From Tubulanus polymorphus (lineage: Eukaryota > Animalia > Nemertea): 64,000 bases of DNA. The first letter of the stretch is position 1, and each line of letters begins with the position of its first letter. The DNA is taken from assembly GCF_964204645.1 (NCBI RefSeq), contig NC_134028.1, forward strand, positions 7,626,001 through 7,690,000, given 5' to 3'. The position numbers and the translations under genes are program-made. The notes under the pieces were generated by a model. That model was given only the letters and a program-made list of their open reading frames with translations, was not told the origin of the DNA and did not search any database. This document shows positions 23,869 to 37,039 of this stretch, piece by piece.

Positions 23869-25963
23869 CAGGTAGGACACATCGGTGCCCGTCGACTCAC
23901 TGATTTAACAACAAAAGTCTGTATCTGGCAAAAATCTTCAAATTGATGAAGTTGGCCAGTAATAGGTAGAAGGTAGAACTAGATATCTCTTCATTTTGTT
24001 TTCAAAGCCCCTTGAGGGGACAGACCTTAAAGCCTTAAAAGCCTTAGATTGGATAGTGACATTTATTCTGTGTATTTTAGTATGTGGGCTCACGTAGTGT
24101 CCCACTTTGATGTTTAGAAGATTTAGCAGAAATTTTTTTGAAAACAACTCAATTTCCCTGTGAATAAGACGTGAATTTTTGTAGTTTTTTAAAACGTTTT
24201 GACGAAAATGGCAACGTTGACGGCTGGATCCTGAAACCCCCTCGATCTGCAAACAGTCTGGAATGGGAATCAGGAATTTTTCAATGATGTATTTGAAAAA
24301 TGAGATATTTCATAGAAATCCGACATCAACCAACAAACTAGAAAGAATAATGATTTGTTTGCTAGAATATCAGACGCATTGATTAGAATTTAATCAGATC
24401 GTCGCATCGCCCCTCTGTAAAAACGAGCCTTCAGCTGGCTCCATCTACTGGCTACGTCGAACATTAATCTTACATCATCGTTAGACGCTCTTGCCTCCGG
24501 GTATCGTCATGGCAACAAAGTCTGTCTAGACATCGGCTGTTTTTACCGAGCTGCTGTACAGCTATAAAGTTTCTATTTGCATGGGCCGAGCCATTTCTCT
24601 TGGCTGGATGCCTCTCATCCATTATCTGTCATGAATGACTAGTTAGCTTCTTAGCCATATGAATGCGTGCGCACGAGAAGCCCGCACCGTACAGGTGCTT
24701 ACATTCTTCGTGCCTATGATACTGATATCCTCTAATGAAAATTCATTTTCAGTAAAAATTCTGAATTCAAATTTCCCAGGTGCCAGTTTTGACCCAATGC
24801 ATGTTCATGCATTGGTTGATACTAGTGTGGACATCAAATTCAGTACACAAGAAATTTTGTTATAAATAGAATATTAAGTACATCTTCATAGACGGCCATT
24901 TTTTCACGATCTGTGTAGTGGTTTTTGATTTTGCAAGTTAGTTTCTGCGATCTATATTCAACGCTTGAGTGGATTTTGAGAGATGTCAGAACTCGTAAGA
25001 GGGAAACATGAGTGGGAAGAGTGATATAGAGAAGGATTGAAAGGGAGAATGAGAGAAAGAGTGAAGGAAGATTGGATCGAAGATTGGGAGTCTGGATTCG
25101 AAAGTGGAAGGAGAAGAGGAGAGAATTGGATGGACTGAGACTCTGAGGGGCGAAAGTGAAACTAGAAAAAGGGGAGAGGGAGATAGAGTATTTGAATTTA
25201 TACAGGAATGGGTAGAGAGATAGAGGCAGAGATAACACCGCGATCACACAAGTGTATTTGGCGCATGCCAGATTTTCCCCGGAACATCTGTTCACACGGG
25301 TGCCAACTTAGCTTGACCAAAAATGTCAGACCAGATCATTGCGTGTGAATTGCTCATTTTTCGGACGAGGCCCAAATTCTAGCACGGGTCAAATTTGTGT
25401 TTGAATTGTTTCTAGTTCCGGAAGTGACTCACTTTGCTTTGTCTATGCATTTTTTAGTATCGAGTTAGTGGTTTACTTGTGAACGCGCTTTCTAATTAGA
25501 CATGGGCCAAATTTGACTGATCCGGGCCAATTTCTTCCCGGCCAAATCATCGCTGTGATTGCGGGTGGCTATATTCAGATGGGGATAGAAGAAGGCAGGG
25601 GCAGAAGAGAGGAGACTGGGGAAGGAGAGGATTGACGAGAGGGGGTTACGTTGAGATACGGAGATATTGAAGTATTTTGAAGGGTTGTTTTAGGTTAATG
25701 TAGTGGTGTATCAGACGACGATGATACTCTCTTGAGAATTGTATCGACTCGTCGTCTGGTTGCGTATCCATTTTGAGTCACACTTGGTGCGTGTAAAAAG
25801 TTGCTGTATTACTCACCGATAAAATGGATGTTTCGGTCATTGAGTAATCGTCTGAATGACTTGTAGCGTGACGGTAAAATTACGCCAGGGTCTCGTAGAC
25901 GGCAACCGGTAGACCAATTATAGAACTAGTCCCCTTCACCAGTGGTTTTACAGCTTGTCGTAT

Positions 25964-26222
25964 ATGGGTAACAGATAAATGAAGAAATCCCACACTTAGA
26001 ATTTAAAATTATACGATCAAATTTATTATCATGAAACCGCAACGTTTCGGCTGTTGACTAACAGCCATCATCAGGTGGAATGTTAGTCAACAGCCGAAAC
26101 GTTGCGGTTTCATAATAATGAATTTGATCGTATGATTTTAAATTCTAAGTGTGGGATTTCTTCATTTATCTACAGTATACACGGATTATAGTGTTTATTC
26201 GACAACTAAAATGGGTAACAGA
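25964..26222 (+). mobile_element. Penelope-like retroelement remnant (pLTR plus inverted copy) with 12-bp TSD
   Basis: ATGGGTAACAGA at 25964-25975 and 26211-26222; 91-bp inverted arms at 25973-26063 and 26081-26171 with 3 mismatches; hammerhead motif inside. Confidence 0.7.
26037..26078 (-). ncRNA. Minimal type I hammerhead ribozyme
   Basis: Minus strand reads CCAC-CTGATGA-T-GGCTGTT-AGTC-AACAGCC-GAAAC-GTT-GCGG: intact CUGAUGA and GAAAC core, perfect 7-bp stem II, minimal stem III, stem I with one mismatch. Confidence 0.7.
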
Positions 26223-26829
26223 GTTTGTGGCTCAATCTTGTACCTTCACCTGATCGAGTAGACCTACCAACCTACCTTAATATTATCTGATTTATATTGT
26301 TCACTGTCGACAATATATGCATTATTTTTCAAGGCATCAATAAACTTTCAATTTAGTTTTCTTTTTAAAAGTCGACTGTCCTGTGTGCCTAGCCTACTAC
26401 GCGATTTCTCTCTGTCAGAATCATGTAGAGTTTGACCCCGAAGTAGAAAGCATAGATAGCAAATTTCATTAATTTTTTTACCTTTTAATGTTTCTTGAAT
26501 TGCATAGATTCATCCTGTTCTTACATATATACATAAATTTTCATCATATTCGTCGTAACTGGTGCAGTGAATAACCAGGGGCAATTTATTCGATTAGCTC
26601 TCGCCAAATATCAAGAGCTCTTCGCCGAATTGCCATCGCTGTGTTCTATACATAGGATGGACAAGCAGCTCTAATTTACCACAATACTGTAACAAAATAC
26701 CGGCGACCATCCATCATCAACAAATTGCATTTTTGTGATGATAATTTGTTCCAACAACAGTTGTCCTGTTCACGAACGAAATCAGCCTCTAGGTTTTCTA
26801 TCTTGGATATACTTAGGCAAAGTTTGTGA

Positions 26830-27256
26830 GATTCTTTCTAAGATTCCTAATTCTTTGGTCTGTGTGTAATCCGGGTTCGAAGCTCGGTTCTTGCAGTGGT
26901 TCTTTCCTGGCCCTCTACCCCATATAAAGAGGAAAGATTCTTAAAGAAATCTGGTCAGTGTGTCGGAAAGTTAAAATGAAAAGCTTGGTTCTTTCTAAGA
27001 TTCCTAATTCTTTGATCTGTGTGTAAAGAAATCTGGTCAGTGGGTTGAAAAGTTAAAATGGAAAGCTTGAAAATAGGTTGTCTAAGAATCTTTGTGTAAG
27101 AAGACGGTTAGCTCGGTTGAGTTCTCTCTAAGATTCCTAATTCTTTGATCTGTGTGTAAAGAAATCTGGTCGGTGGGTTGAAAAGTTAAAATTTGAAAGC
27201 TTGGACGTAGGTTGTCTAAGAATCTTTGTGTAAGAAGACGGTTAGCTCGGTTGAGT
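26830..27256. repeat. Local ~130-bp direct duplication (two full copies plus partial copies)
   Basis: TCTAAGATTCCTAATTCTTTG occurs three times; AGGTTGTCTAAGAATCTTTGTGTAAGAAGACGGTTAGCTCGGTTGAGT occurs twice. Confidence 0.8.
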
Positions 27257-28049
27257 AGAAGACTCGGAATGAAGACGTCCCTAGTTGGAAACCACCTCTG
27301 GCATTGGCTGTCGGGGCACGTACATACGGCCTAAGCTCTGCTAACTTAGCCTAGTCAGGTTTTGAGCCATAACAACCTATAAAAAGGTCTTGGCTGTCTC
27401 TTAAGATCCACTTGGATGACACTTATAAACTCTTTTTCTAAAAAAAGACATCAAAGTGAACCGGTGGCAAATGTATCGCCCCGAGAAAGAAAAAGAGGCG
27501 GACCATCTTAAAGAAAATCTTGAAGTGCAATAAGAAAATAACCTTATTAAGCACGACGATCTTCATGTGTCTTTACAAAAATGAGTACCATTTACGAGGG
27601 GATTTATCCATTGCAAATACGAATTATATGCAAGTATAACGGTAGATTTATGCGGCTCTCACTTGTAAGAATTCCGTGGTTCGGGGATTTATGCAATTCG
27701 TTGTTGTTTAGTCTCTCAGTGCGATGATGATATCGCTCCCGGAGCATCGGTCGTAAATAATTTCAGCGCTATATTCTAACGCCTGACCGGTAGACCGTGT
27801 TCGCCTTACAGATTTATTCCATCATTACATCACATTTTGTTATACGGCTCGTCATTATCGTGCGCGTCATTTTTGCGATTCTCATTCGGTGCATTCCGTC
27901 CTTATCGACATCGCCTGTAAAAGGAATTCAAATTGACAGTTTTTGAAAATGGTGGTGACAAAACTTTCGTAAACCCTTGAACCGGGTGTGCACCACTCGG
28001 ATTTAACGTTTAAGTGAATTCCTTTTTATTCATTGAAATCTTAAAAATA

Positions 28050-28289
28050 CAGGGGCGGATCCAGAGTCCAAGCAGACTGGGCCCCCCTATTTTTTGCCAA
28101 GATAACATTTTCACAACCTGGCTTAAGAAAGTTACACTTACAGTGGCAAATACAGTCATTTTGTTCTAGATGCTCAGAAAATGATACAATTTTTCAAAAG
28201 TTTCTTGTGAGCTCGAAAATCCCCTAAGGACTTAGAATAGGTCTTGGATTTTTGGACCCCCCTATTCAAAATTCCTGGATCTGCCCCTG
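28050..28289. mobile_element. MITE with CAGGGGCGGATCCAG TIRs and 5-bp TSD
   Basis: CAGGGGCGGATCCAG...CTGGATCTGCCCCTG flanked by AAATA; relatives at about 38445-38683 and 41416-41673. Confidence 0.78.
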
Positions 28290-28754
28290 AAATATAAATG
28301 AGATGATTAAGTCATACTAATGATAAAAATGCAAGAGACCAGAAAAAAGCTTATCAGGCGGGGTTTCGTATAATGGCAGAGTCTCGCGATGCCATCAGGT
28401 TCAAATCCCTGCCGAGGGAGCACGTGAATTCATAAGATCTGCACCAGACTATGAATATTCAGTCACTTAACGTCTAATGGAAGAAACCCATTTGAAATCA
28501 CATATTTTGAATTTCGATTCGACGTTCAGTCGTAACATCGACGTGACTTCAAAGACATCGATAAAATCGCGAATCAGTTCGTTAATCTTTCGCGCTCATT
28601 TCCGCAGTCACGTTTTGATCGTCGCCATAAAACGGCGCGTGCCTCGAAAACGACGAGTCGACACAAAATACCCGTCGAATATACCTTTAAGGCTGGCTTA
28701 TGGCGACAAGCAACGCGACGCCTACTGACGGAACTGAAAGCAACCGCGATTGCA

Positions 28755-29057
28755 GATGTGGGGAGTATCGTGTAAAGCATGCTGGATCCTGGATGCGGGG
28801 AGTATCCCGTAAAGCATGCTGGATTCTGGATGCAGGGAGTATCGCGTAAAGCATGCTGGATCCTGAATGGGGGAGTATCGCGCGACTATTAAAGCGTGCT
28901 GGATCCTGGATGCAGGGAGTATCGCGCGACTATTAAAGCGTGCTGGATCCTGGATGCAGGGAGTATCGCGCAACTATTAAAGCATGCTGGATCCTGGATG
29001 CAGGGAGTATCGCGCGACTATTAAAGCGTGCTAGATCCTGGATGTGGGGAGTATTGC
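28755..29057. repeat. Minisatellite: three 37-bp units followed by four 43-44-bp units
   Basis: Consensus GATGCAGGGAGTATCGCG[CGACTAT]TAAAGCRTGCTGGATCCTG. Confidence 0.93.
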
Positions 29058-32000
29058 TCCCATGGTGCAGACGATCTCCCACTTAATATAATTGCGATGC
29101 TGACATCGTCGATTCTTTCTCTATAGCTCGCAACGTTAGAACCCGGCGATAAAATTGAATTAGCAATAAGCACCGTTACATTACTAAAACCAACAAGCCC
29201 GCATTCGTTTCTGGTTTATTTTACAGCTTTTACCGTTGTCGTTAACACTATTTGAGTTTCGATATCGAGTGACTCTCGCGAATTTCGTCGTTTACTCAAC
29301 GTTGATTTTTCGGTGAGTTCGCAATTTTTCTTAACCACGAGTCACAGAAATCGGGAAATTACGCTTACTAAACACACAATCTCAAACTCATTTTCACATT
29401 TGGGTGGTTATTAGTTTTACAGTGAAGACGTAGATTAGAATAGTGAAGAAACTTACAAGATGAAGATAGTAGATTTGATAAGATCTATTCAGCAGGATGG
29501 CCCCAGACCTGGAAAACCTGGAAAACTCAGAGAATCAGAAAAAAATCCATAATCTGGGAAAACTCTTACTAAAAACCTGGAAAACTTCAGGGAATTTGGA
29601 TATGTAATTGCCTACGTGTTCCTTTAACAATAGGTGATTCAATAGAAAATGAAGAAATTGTAAGTTAGATTTGAACCTAGATATCTATCGGATTTATTCC
29701 GGGAATTTTGTATAATGAGATGGAAAAATCATGGAATTTGTGAATTAGCAGAAAGTGGCCAACCTGATTCAAATTTCATATTGAATCCTCCATGAAATTA
29801 GAAACATTCAAAAACTTAATTTCTGCTACGAGCAATCATCTCATGATTGCTCGTAGATTTCTGAGAATAGAAAGAATCAAGCTCATTTAGACTGCCATGT
29901 ACTGGGATATGGGGTGTTGTCATGTCTTATAAAGGATAGTCCAGTATTGATGTCTGAAGCTGAACCGCGTACCGGCCAATCCTTCGAGAACAATTTTATG
30001 ATCGGCAAACGTTAATTGTTGCGAGAAAAGCCAAGGATGTCAAAAACAGTAAGATATATGGTGAAACGTGTCCTGCATCGGGTTCGCGAATATACGAACA
30101 TGTTCAATAATTCAGCGATTCAACTGTGGTCTCTGTAGTGTACCAGCTCCGCCACCAGCCAGCTAAAACAGCTTATGATAAATGATCGTCACCTTGGAGT
30201 AGAGTAATTTCCGAAATCTTGATGCATGAAATCATCAGGCAGCCAACAAAATTAACCCCTATCAGTCGCCGTGCGAGTTCAGGCTGTTTGGAAGATCCTT
30301 TGAATAAAATCGGAACTGAAATTTCCAATTATGTACTTCTATTTTAACTAAAAATTCTGTAAATATGATGGCCAATCAGTAAATTTGACCGCCAATTTCA
30401 AAATCAAACCCCCCTATTTTAAGATAGAATAAAAACAGCTTATGATTTCTGAACCGTCGTTCTATTATGCTCCTTGGATGGAAACATTGCTGATTTCGAT
30501 TTAAATCCGTTTCTATTTTAACCATTTAGGTAATACCATATTCCTCAAACGTCGCATTCACACTTTATTCGCAGATTTATAGGTCCTTTGATTACCTTTT
30601 CTACCTTAGATTTGACTTGCGGGAAAAGAAATATTTTTTGAGAGTCTGCGTGGGAAAATAAATTTTCTGAGAGTCAGCATTGGGTTGCGTTAGTTGATAA
30701 TGAAAAATATCAGCCCCATAATGGCCGACTATGCGTGGTGTCACCGAGGGCTTATAGCTCAGTTCCAAGGTCCAGAAAACTTGAGTTCTAAAATGAGATC
30801 ACTTAGTCTTAATTCTAAATTTGTTAGCTTAGTTTAGCAAAGATATGAATCGGTTTAGCCTAGTGTTGTCATGAGTATCAGAACTCCACACCAACCAAAA
30901 AGCCTGTGAAGGTTTGGATTTGAGACCAGTCTTCATCTATAGCCAATCTAGCAGAGACCAGTTTTACAGTGAAATCTGCATTACAAAAACTATTTGAGAA
31001 TTTTGATGTTTCCACTAAAATGCTGATTAGCTAAAAAATGCTTGAAAATGGCAAAAAAAATCTATACCGGTAATCAAGTCATACTAATAATGAACATGGG
31101 AGAGACCTGAAAAGAAACTCAGTTACGAGGCCTGTATTTATCTTCCCTTGCCAGGGATTCGAACCTAATAAGCGGGGGGGAAGCAATTCGTATCCTACTC
31201 ATTGGGCTCAGTTGCTGGGAATCGGAGTGCAGTCGACATATGTTGGGCTACGGGCGTGGTTGCGTCGATAGGCGTCCCGTTGCAGGTTGACAAAAGCCAG
31301 CCTATAGTGCTATTTTTAAGGAAAAATTTTGTGGCCCTCATTCGCGCTTACTTTTAACGAAATAAGTGCTGAAAAGTGCTTGATTATCTGAAAAATTTTG
31401 TCACAGTATTCGTAATCGTTGGGTACTAAGTGTTGATCAAATAATCAAAAGCCAAGCACACAACACACAACACTTTTGGGCAATTAACATGTTGATGAAC
31501 GGCGGTTATTTTTTTGGTTCAACAAATCATGATGAGCAGAGTTACAATATCTATCATGGTCGCAATTCACTAAAAAAAGTGTAAAGAATTTTTAATAAAG
31601 ACGATTTTTGTACTGCAGTCACGACTGTGCAACTGGGCCTAGGACTTTTTTTTCTGAGAAACCAATCTCGGTTGCGGTAAAAGTCAATCCGCGTAGGCTT
31701 TTTTGTACTGTAAGTTTTTAGCCGTTTTTCTGTTACTAGTCCATTATTGACGGATTATTGAATCATCGCTGATGGGATTTGTCATATTAATTGATAGCCG
31801 GGACTGTGGCTCGGTGTAACCGCGTCGCGCGCTGTCTGTCCGCCATCGTCGTCGCTGTCATTTTCGCGGTTTTATTTCTTGCGTAATTACCGCTCGGAAA
31901 AATCCCGAGTCGTCGATATACGATATTCGCGTCCCGTGTATAGTCTAGTCGTTACCGACGACGACGGCGGCTGCGGCGGCGATGAGAAAATCCCGATTAC

Positions 32001-32200
32001 TGATTGTTGATTGGACGCGATTCTGGAGGCGATGACCTACACACCAGCTGCCGTCGCGTCGTCGTGTCGGTTCACGCGTTCCCGGTCGTCAGTTGTGAAG
32101 ATGTAGGGATCGCATGAAGTTCGAAGTGCCGATGGATTAACGCGCGCGACTGTTCGTATTTTTTTGGAATCGCGAGTTAACGAAAAACCCGGGAGGAAAC

Positions 32201-32266
32201 ATGCAAAGAGCGATGATCGCCTCGCAGACCACCGAGTCTCTCACCGGCCCGAATTACACGTCTCAG
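32201..32266 (+). CDS. Candidate ankyrin alternative first exon 4 (MQRAMIASQTTESLTGPNYTSQ)
   Basis: aacATG start, 22 codons, phase-0 donor CAG|gtagaa, at the end of a CpG-rich stretch (about 31800-32270). Confidence 0.65.
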
Positions 32267-35200
32267 GTAGAAAAAAACATTATCAAACCTTTCTTTAATC
32301 GGCTTACTACTTCAATCAGATAGTAATGATAATTTTTATTTTCATTTAGCATCATTCTCATAACAGATAAGACTTGTAATGCTTAACACAAAACAGAGTA
32401 AGCAATAAGATAAATGCAAATAATAATGTAAAACGAAACAGAACAAGACCATTGAAATATCAGGATTAGCGTTATTAAAAGATTTTCGTTTTAAACTTAG
32501 TTGTTACCTATTTCTTGAATAAGGGACTCGCTGCCTCGAAGAAATTTTCGCAGCGAATTCCATGATCTTAAGATAAGGTTTATTTCGTAAATTTACCTAC
32601 GATTTGTCTTTTTCGCGCTTGACGATGAAAATGAAATGAATTTAGCGTATGGGATAATCATCGGCCCCTTTTCTTTTAAAGATGTACATGTAGTTCTATT
32701 TTGAAAAAAATTAATCTACGATTCTTCTTTTTTCGGTGTTTAACGATAAATATGAAATGGATTTAGCGCATGGGATGATTTCTATCGACAGCCGGTATTC
32801 ACCGTGCGGTAAAACAGTTCACACCCGTGTCACGGGGTCTGATCTCCGCGAGAGCTGAAATACTTGTCGAGTGCTCTTCGAAAAGTCGATATATAGATCG
32901 CGGCGGCGTTTCCATTCAAACCTATAAGAGAATAGATAATTTTTTACCTTAAGTGGCACTCATTTCGTTTTAACGTAGAAAAGAGCATGTATTCCGGTCA
33001 CCATCAGCGACTGTGATTAGAATTAGTGGCGCACATATTGATTTGTGAAATATCTGTGAATACTGAAATATCTAAGGAATCCTTATCAACGTCAATTACA
33101 ATGCGTTTGTTGAAACCATTTTCTATGATAATTCGGCTTGCATAGCATCTCATTAGGCATCCGAATGTTGACGTGCAGTCTGAATTTATGAAGGCATTAT
33201 AACGATCATATTGAGCCCTTGTTAATTATTAACCAAGCGTTGTGGAATTGACTCATGAACACAGGTTTTATGTTAGTTGACGTTTTTCTGCTTTAGAGTT
33301 CCACAGTGTTCATGCTAAAGAATCAACTAATTAATTGAAGTATTGAAAATGAACTACTTCTAATGCTAGATTCAAACTGGATCCAGAATTTTATAGTTGT
33401 CGGAGAAGATTTTTACTCAAGGGTTCCAAAGATATTGCCAATGACTAATATCAACTTAACTACTAATTTACTGATTATCCATCATCAGGCAAATACTAAT
33501 GATGACGGCTGAAAGTCTTTTGCCGAAATATGGCTCGAAATGTGTATGATTATACACTTCTATTCAAGAACATTACATCTTTGGCTGAATTATTGTGGAA
33601 TTTCTCTTCATTTTACATGGATATAATACCAACCATATCCTATACCAACATTATCTGTTTTGTGTATAGATTGACTTGTACGTCTACCTACGGGCTGGGT
33701 GCAGGTTAAGGTAATGGACCCTATCATTTGCATTTATATTGTACATGTCACTGTAATAGATAAATGAATAAAACAAAATCATGTATCTTCTTGCCGTCAA
33801 CCTCACTGTTGAACTGCGTCCGGGAGTCGAATTTTAAAACTGATCGCGAAAAAAATGTTAAACGTCCGTTCTTTTCATTCTCTCCGTTGCCCAACAAGTC
33901 AAACGCCGATCGCTTACACGCGGTTCATTTATTTGGCGTTGTTTTCGAGCGATTTGATATAATATCGCCGAGCAATTCAGGCCGATTGCCGCGGGTGGTA
34001 ATTATCGTTCCCACATTCTCGTTAGATGATTTATAATTATGAAATAATGAGACTACGACGGACGATTTTTTCAACGCCTGAATCCATCGCGTCGTCAACA
34101 ACCCTTGCGACCGCAAAAAAAGAAACTCGTGTGATTTATTATCGAAACGGCGAAACAAAAGTATGATATGAATAAAGCATTGAATTGTATGTTACATGTC
34201 CGCTGGAAATAGTTTTTGAGTGCAGTTTAGGCTAAAAAAATGATATCTTGTTTCTCCGAATCGGCCGGGTCACTTTATAAACTGCAATAAAATTTGTAAT
34301 CAGTTCATTTCTATAGCTTCCTGGTCTTTTGGGGTTAGCTTGATCATGATTTTTTAAAGAAAGTAATGTACAGGGGAGATTGGCCCATAAGCGGCCGGGC
34401 CAACTTTTAAGTGCAGCAGAAAGGAGAAACAAAGCATCTATTTTTTTCCTAATCATTAGTTGTAAAAGGGATTTCCCACAAAAATTTTCACAAAAGCATT
34501 CAAACGATCTTTATTTTGGTCTTAAAATAGGGATTGACCCTGTTGTTTTATTTGATTGGTAGACTTTGTTTAATTTGGTGTCCCTTAATAACCCACCATA
34601 CCTGTCGGGAGTGAAATACAGAGGGTTTGATTTTGAAAAATCGGCAATCGAAGTACAGATAGGCCTATAGTTGTGCGATCATGCTCGAATGTAGAGAATC
34701 TTTTGTTTAAAAGTGGAGTACGCAATTGGAAATTTTCATTCCAGCAATCATAATTGCTTTACTCCTTAACAGGTTCAGGTTCTCGACACGTAAATACCAG
34801 TCACTGCATGTAAGTTGTGCTACTAGCCTAATGAATATGTTCAGATATGTAGAATTTGTCACGTCGTCCCGTCATTTGGTTTGCTGTTGGTCTGGTGTCT
34901 CAGGGACACATCTGCCATCCTTGGCGTGTAACACTCAAACTACATCTAAACCATATTATTTGGGGGTTTCTCGCTGGGACGAGGTGGCATTCGGCATTAT
35001 ATTCATAAATGTAATTAGTGAAAACCAGGCTTTTGTCTATCATTCAAATATACTATCATGCGATCGTTAATGACTTATGTTGGTTGATGCGCGGAGGTCA
35101 GATTTTTCGCTGGTTGATGTTATTACAATAGGTTGATGTAATTTTAATGATTTTGTCCTCTTGCAGGGCAGAAGGTCGCGACTATTCGTCATCAGCTACC

Positions 35201-35899
35201 GGTTTATGGTATCTCTTATACGATCTGTGTCGATATTCAACTCATAAATTTATTCATTAACTCGCGACTCATTTAGCGTTACGTCAAGCATACACTCGAC
35301 GTTTACTATTGACACAACTTCGCACGAAATATTTCGAACTTTTAACAAAAGTGTGTACGACGAGAGTCAACTTTTTTGCATTGACTAACATTTTTCATCT
35401 ATCGTATTCATTGCCAGGATGTGTTTGTCTTCGACGGTTCTGTCCTACTCATTGAAGTGCATAAGTGAGATACAAAAGCCGCAATACTTGATGACTTCGT
35501 GTCGTCCAATCACAGATCTTAAGGATACTTCAATTCTGTATTGGGAAATGCGTGAAATATAGCAAATCGACATGTGTCCTAAACTTGTCGTATTTTCATA
35601 TTTTCAATGTAGCAGCAGTATCAATATTCACCCATACAGCAGGTTTATGAGCTTGATAAGCGTTTTGAATTTACATTTTCACGATGGAAGCGAGTTTGTT
35701 CTCCCGCGTAATAAATTATCAACGATTCAATAATGTACGAATTAAAAATGGACGCTTGATGCTAGAATCAATTGCTTCATGTCGGAGCTGGGATTAAAAG
35801 CGCGGCTAGGGAGGCACGGTATCTGAGCATAGTAATAAAGTATGAAGAGGGGGAATTGGAAACATAGCTGAGAAGACATATCAGGAAGCCATTGTAAAA

Positions 35900-36390
35900 T
35901 AGATATGCCGGAGAGGTAGCTAAGGGGTATTGTCAGGGTGGGCATCAGAGTATTGGTGAAGTATTGGGACTGTATCATGGTAAGTATCCAGGAGGTATTG
36001 GGAGGTATGTAAGAGGCATGGTATGTAGGTTATTCAATGAGTATTGGATATCAGGGTGGTATCAGCATTATTAGGGAATGTATTGGCGAGGCATTACACA
36101 AAATATACTCCACATAATCAGTTTTGATTATTGGGGAGGTAGTCTAGGGGTATTGTGCGGAAGTATAGGGACTGTATCATTGGAAGTCTGCATGAGTTAT
36201 TGGAAGGTATATGGCATGAAGGCTATCCAAGGTGTATTGGGTATGGGGGAGGTATCGAGGACGTTTTGAGTATCGGGAAAGCATTAAGAAGGTATTGGGT
36301 ATCAGGGGAGGTATTTGGAGGGTGGTGTGTATCCGAGAGGCATTACACAGAAGATACATTCCGCATATAATCAATTTTGATTATTGGCAC
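35900..36390. repeat. Degenerate G-rich tandem duplication (~250-bp unit)
   Basis: GGGACTGTATCAT and GAGGCATTACACA...ATAATCARTTTTGATTATTGG each occur twice; many GGTATTGG subunits. Confidence 0.65.
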
Positions 36391-36887
36391 TTGCATAAAT
36401 GATCGCTCAATGGGGGAAAGACATTAAAAGAGTGGTACATGTGTTACGCCGGTGTCCGCAGTGTTGATTGCTTTAACAGTCTCCCCGGACGTTTAACATG
36501 CATAAACTCTCGGATAAACCGATATTGTAGCAATCCAATTTCTGGTACAAGCCGAGGTTATCATCGCGGATCCGATCCCTGGAAAGATGCTCGTTGTGTT
36601 TCGAATCACTAATTTTTCAGGTCGTCGTGTCAGAGATGAGCAGATTTTTATGGGCTCATCCCGATGTACGACCGGTTGAATTCAGACGAGTAGGAACATC
36701 GATAAGAAATGTGTTTTAGCGCCTATTGTATGGGTTATGGAGGAATTAGGTGGTGATACCAGGGGCGTACTCATTTATGACATCCGAAGTCTCCATCCGG
36801 AATCTCTGCTTGGCTCCACAAAAAATCGGAATCATTATGATTGGAAGCAAACTGATTCTCCGATCTGATAAAAGAGTACATACACCC

Positions 36888-37000
36888 CAGGGTCCAGTTC
36901 CACAGTTTGGAGTTAAGATTTGACCCTGAGTTAACTCATTGAAAATGAACTAATCTAACTCAGAGTTAACTCTAACTCACAACGGTGGAACTGGGTCCAG
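36888..37000. mobile_element. PIF/Harbinger-like MITE (GGGCCCAGTT/AACTGGCCC family)
   Basis: Fold-back with termini GGTCCAGTTCCAC / GTGGAACTGGGTC in a CAG context; many relatives (about 4015, 4113, 5194, 47704, 52552, 52853). Confidence 0.65.
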
Positions 37001-37039
37001 GGGTGCATTAAAAAATGAGAAAACTAACTTGAAAGTTAA

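Noticed and set aside
24659-24694. MNACAREARTVQ|gtgctt as another ankyrin first exon
   Set aside because: It is phase 0, but the donor is weak and there is no -3 purine; not supportable without reads.
24840-25295. 151-aa minus-strand ORF, the longest in the track
   Set aside because: Its Ser/Leu/Phe bias comes from a purine-rich low-complexity tract, and it starts in a repeat.
28477-28973. Overlapping ORFs of 68-83 aa
   Set aside because: These are by-products of a CpG-rich patch and the minisatellite; no domain and no good splice donor.
28755-29057. CRISPR-like appearance of the 37-44-bp repeats (also 41674-41907)
   Set aside because: The units are contiguous without unique spacers, there are no cas genes, and the context is eukaryotic.
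29227-29312. Exon-like segment with an acceptor and TCG|gtgagt donor
   Set aside because: It is 86 nt (frame-shifting) with no ATG; at most a non-coding exon, and unsupported.
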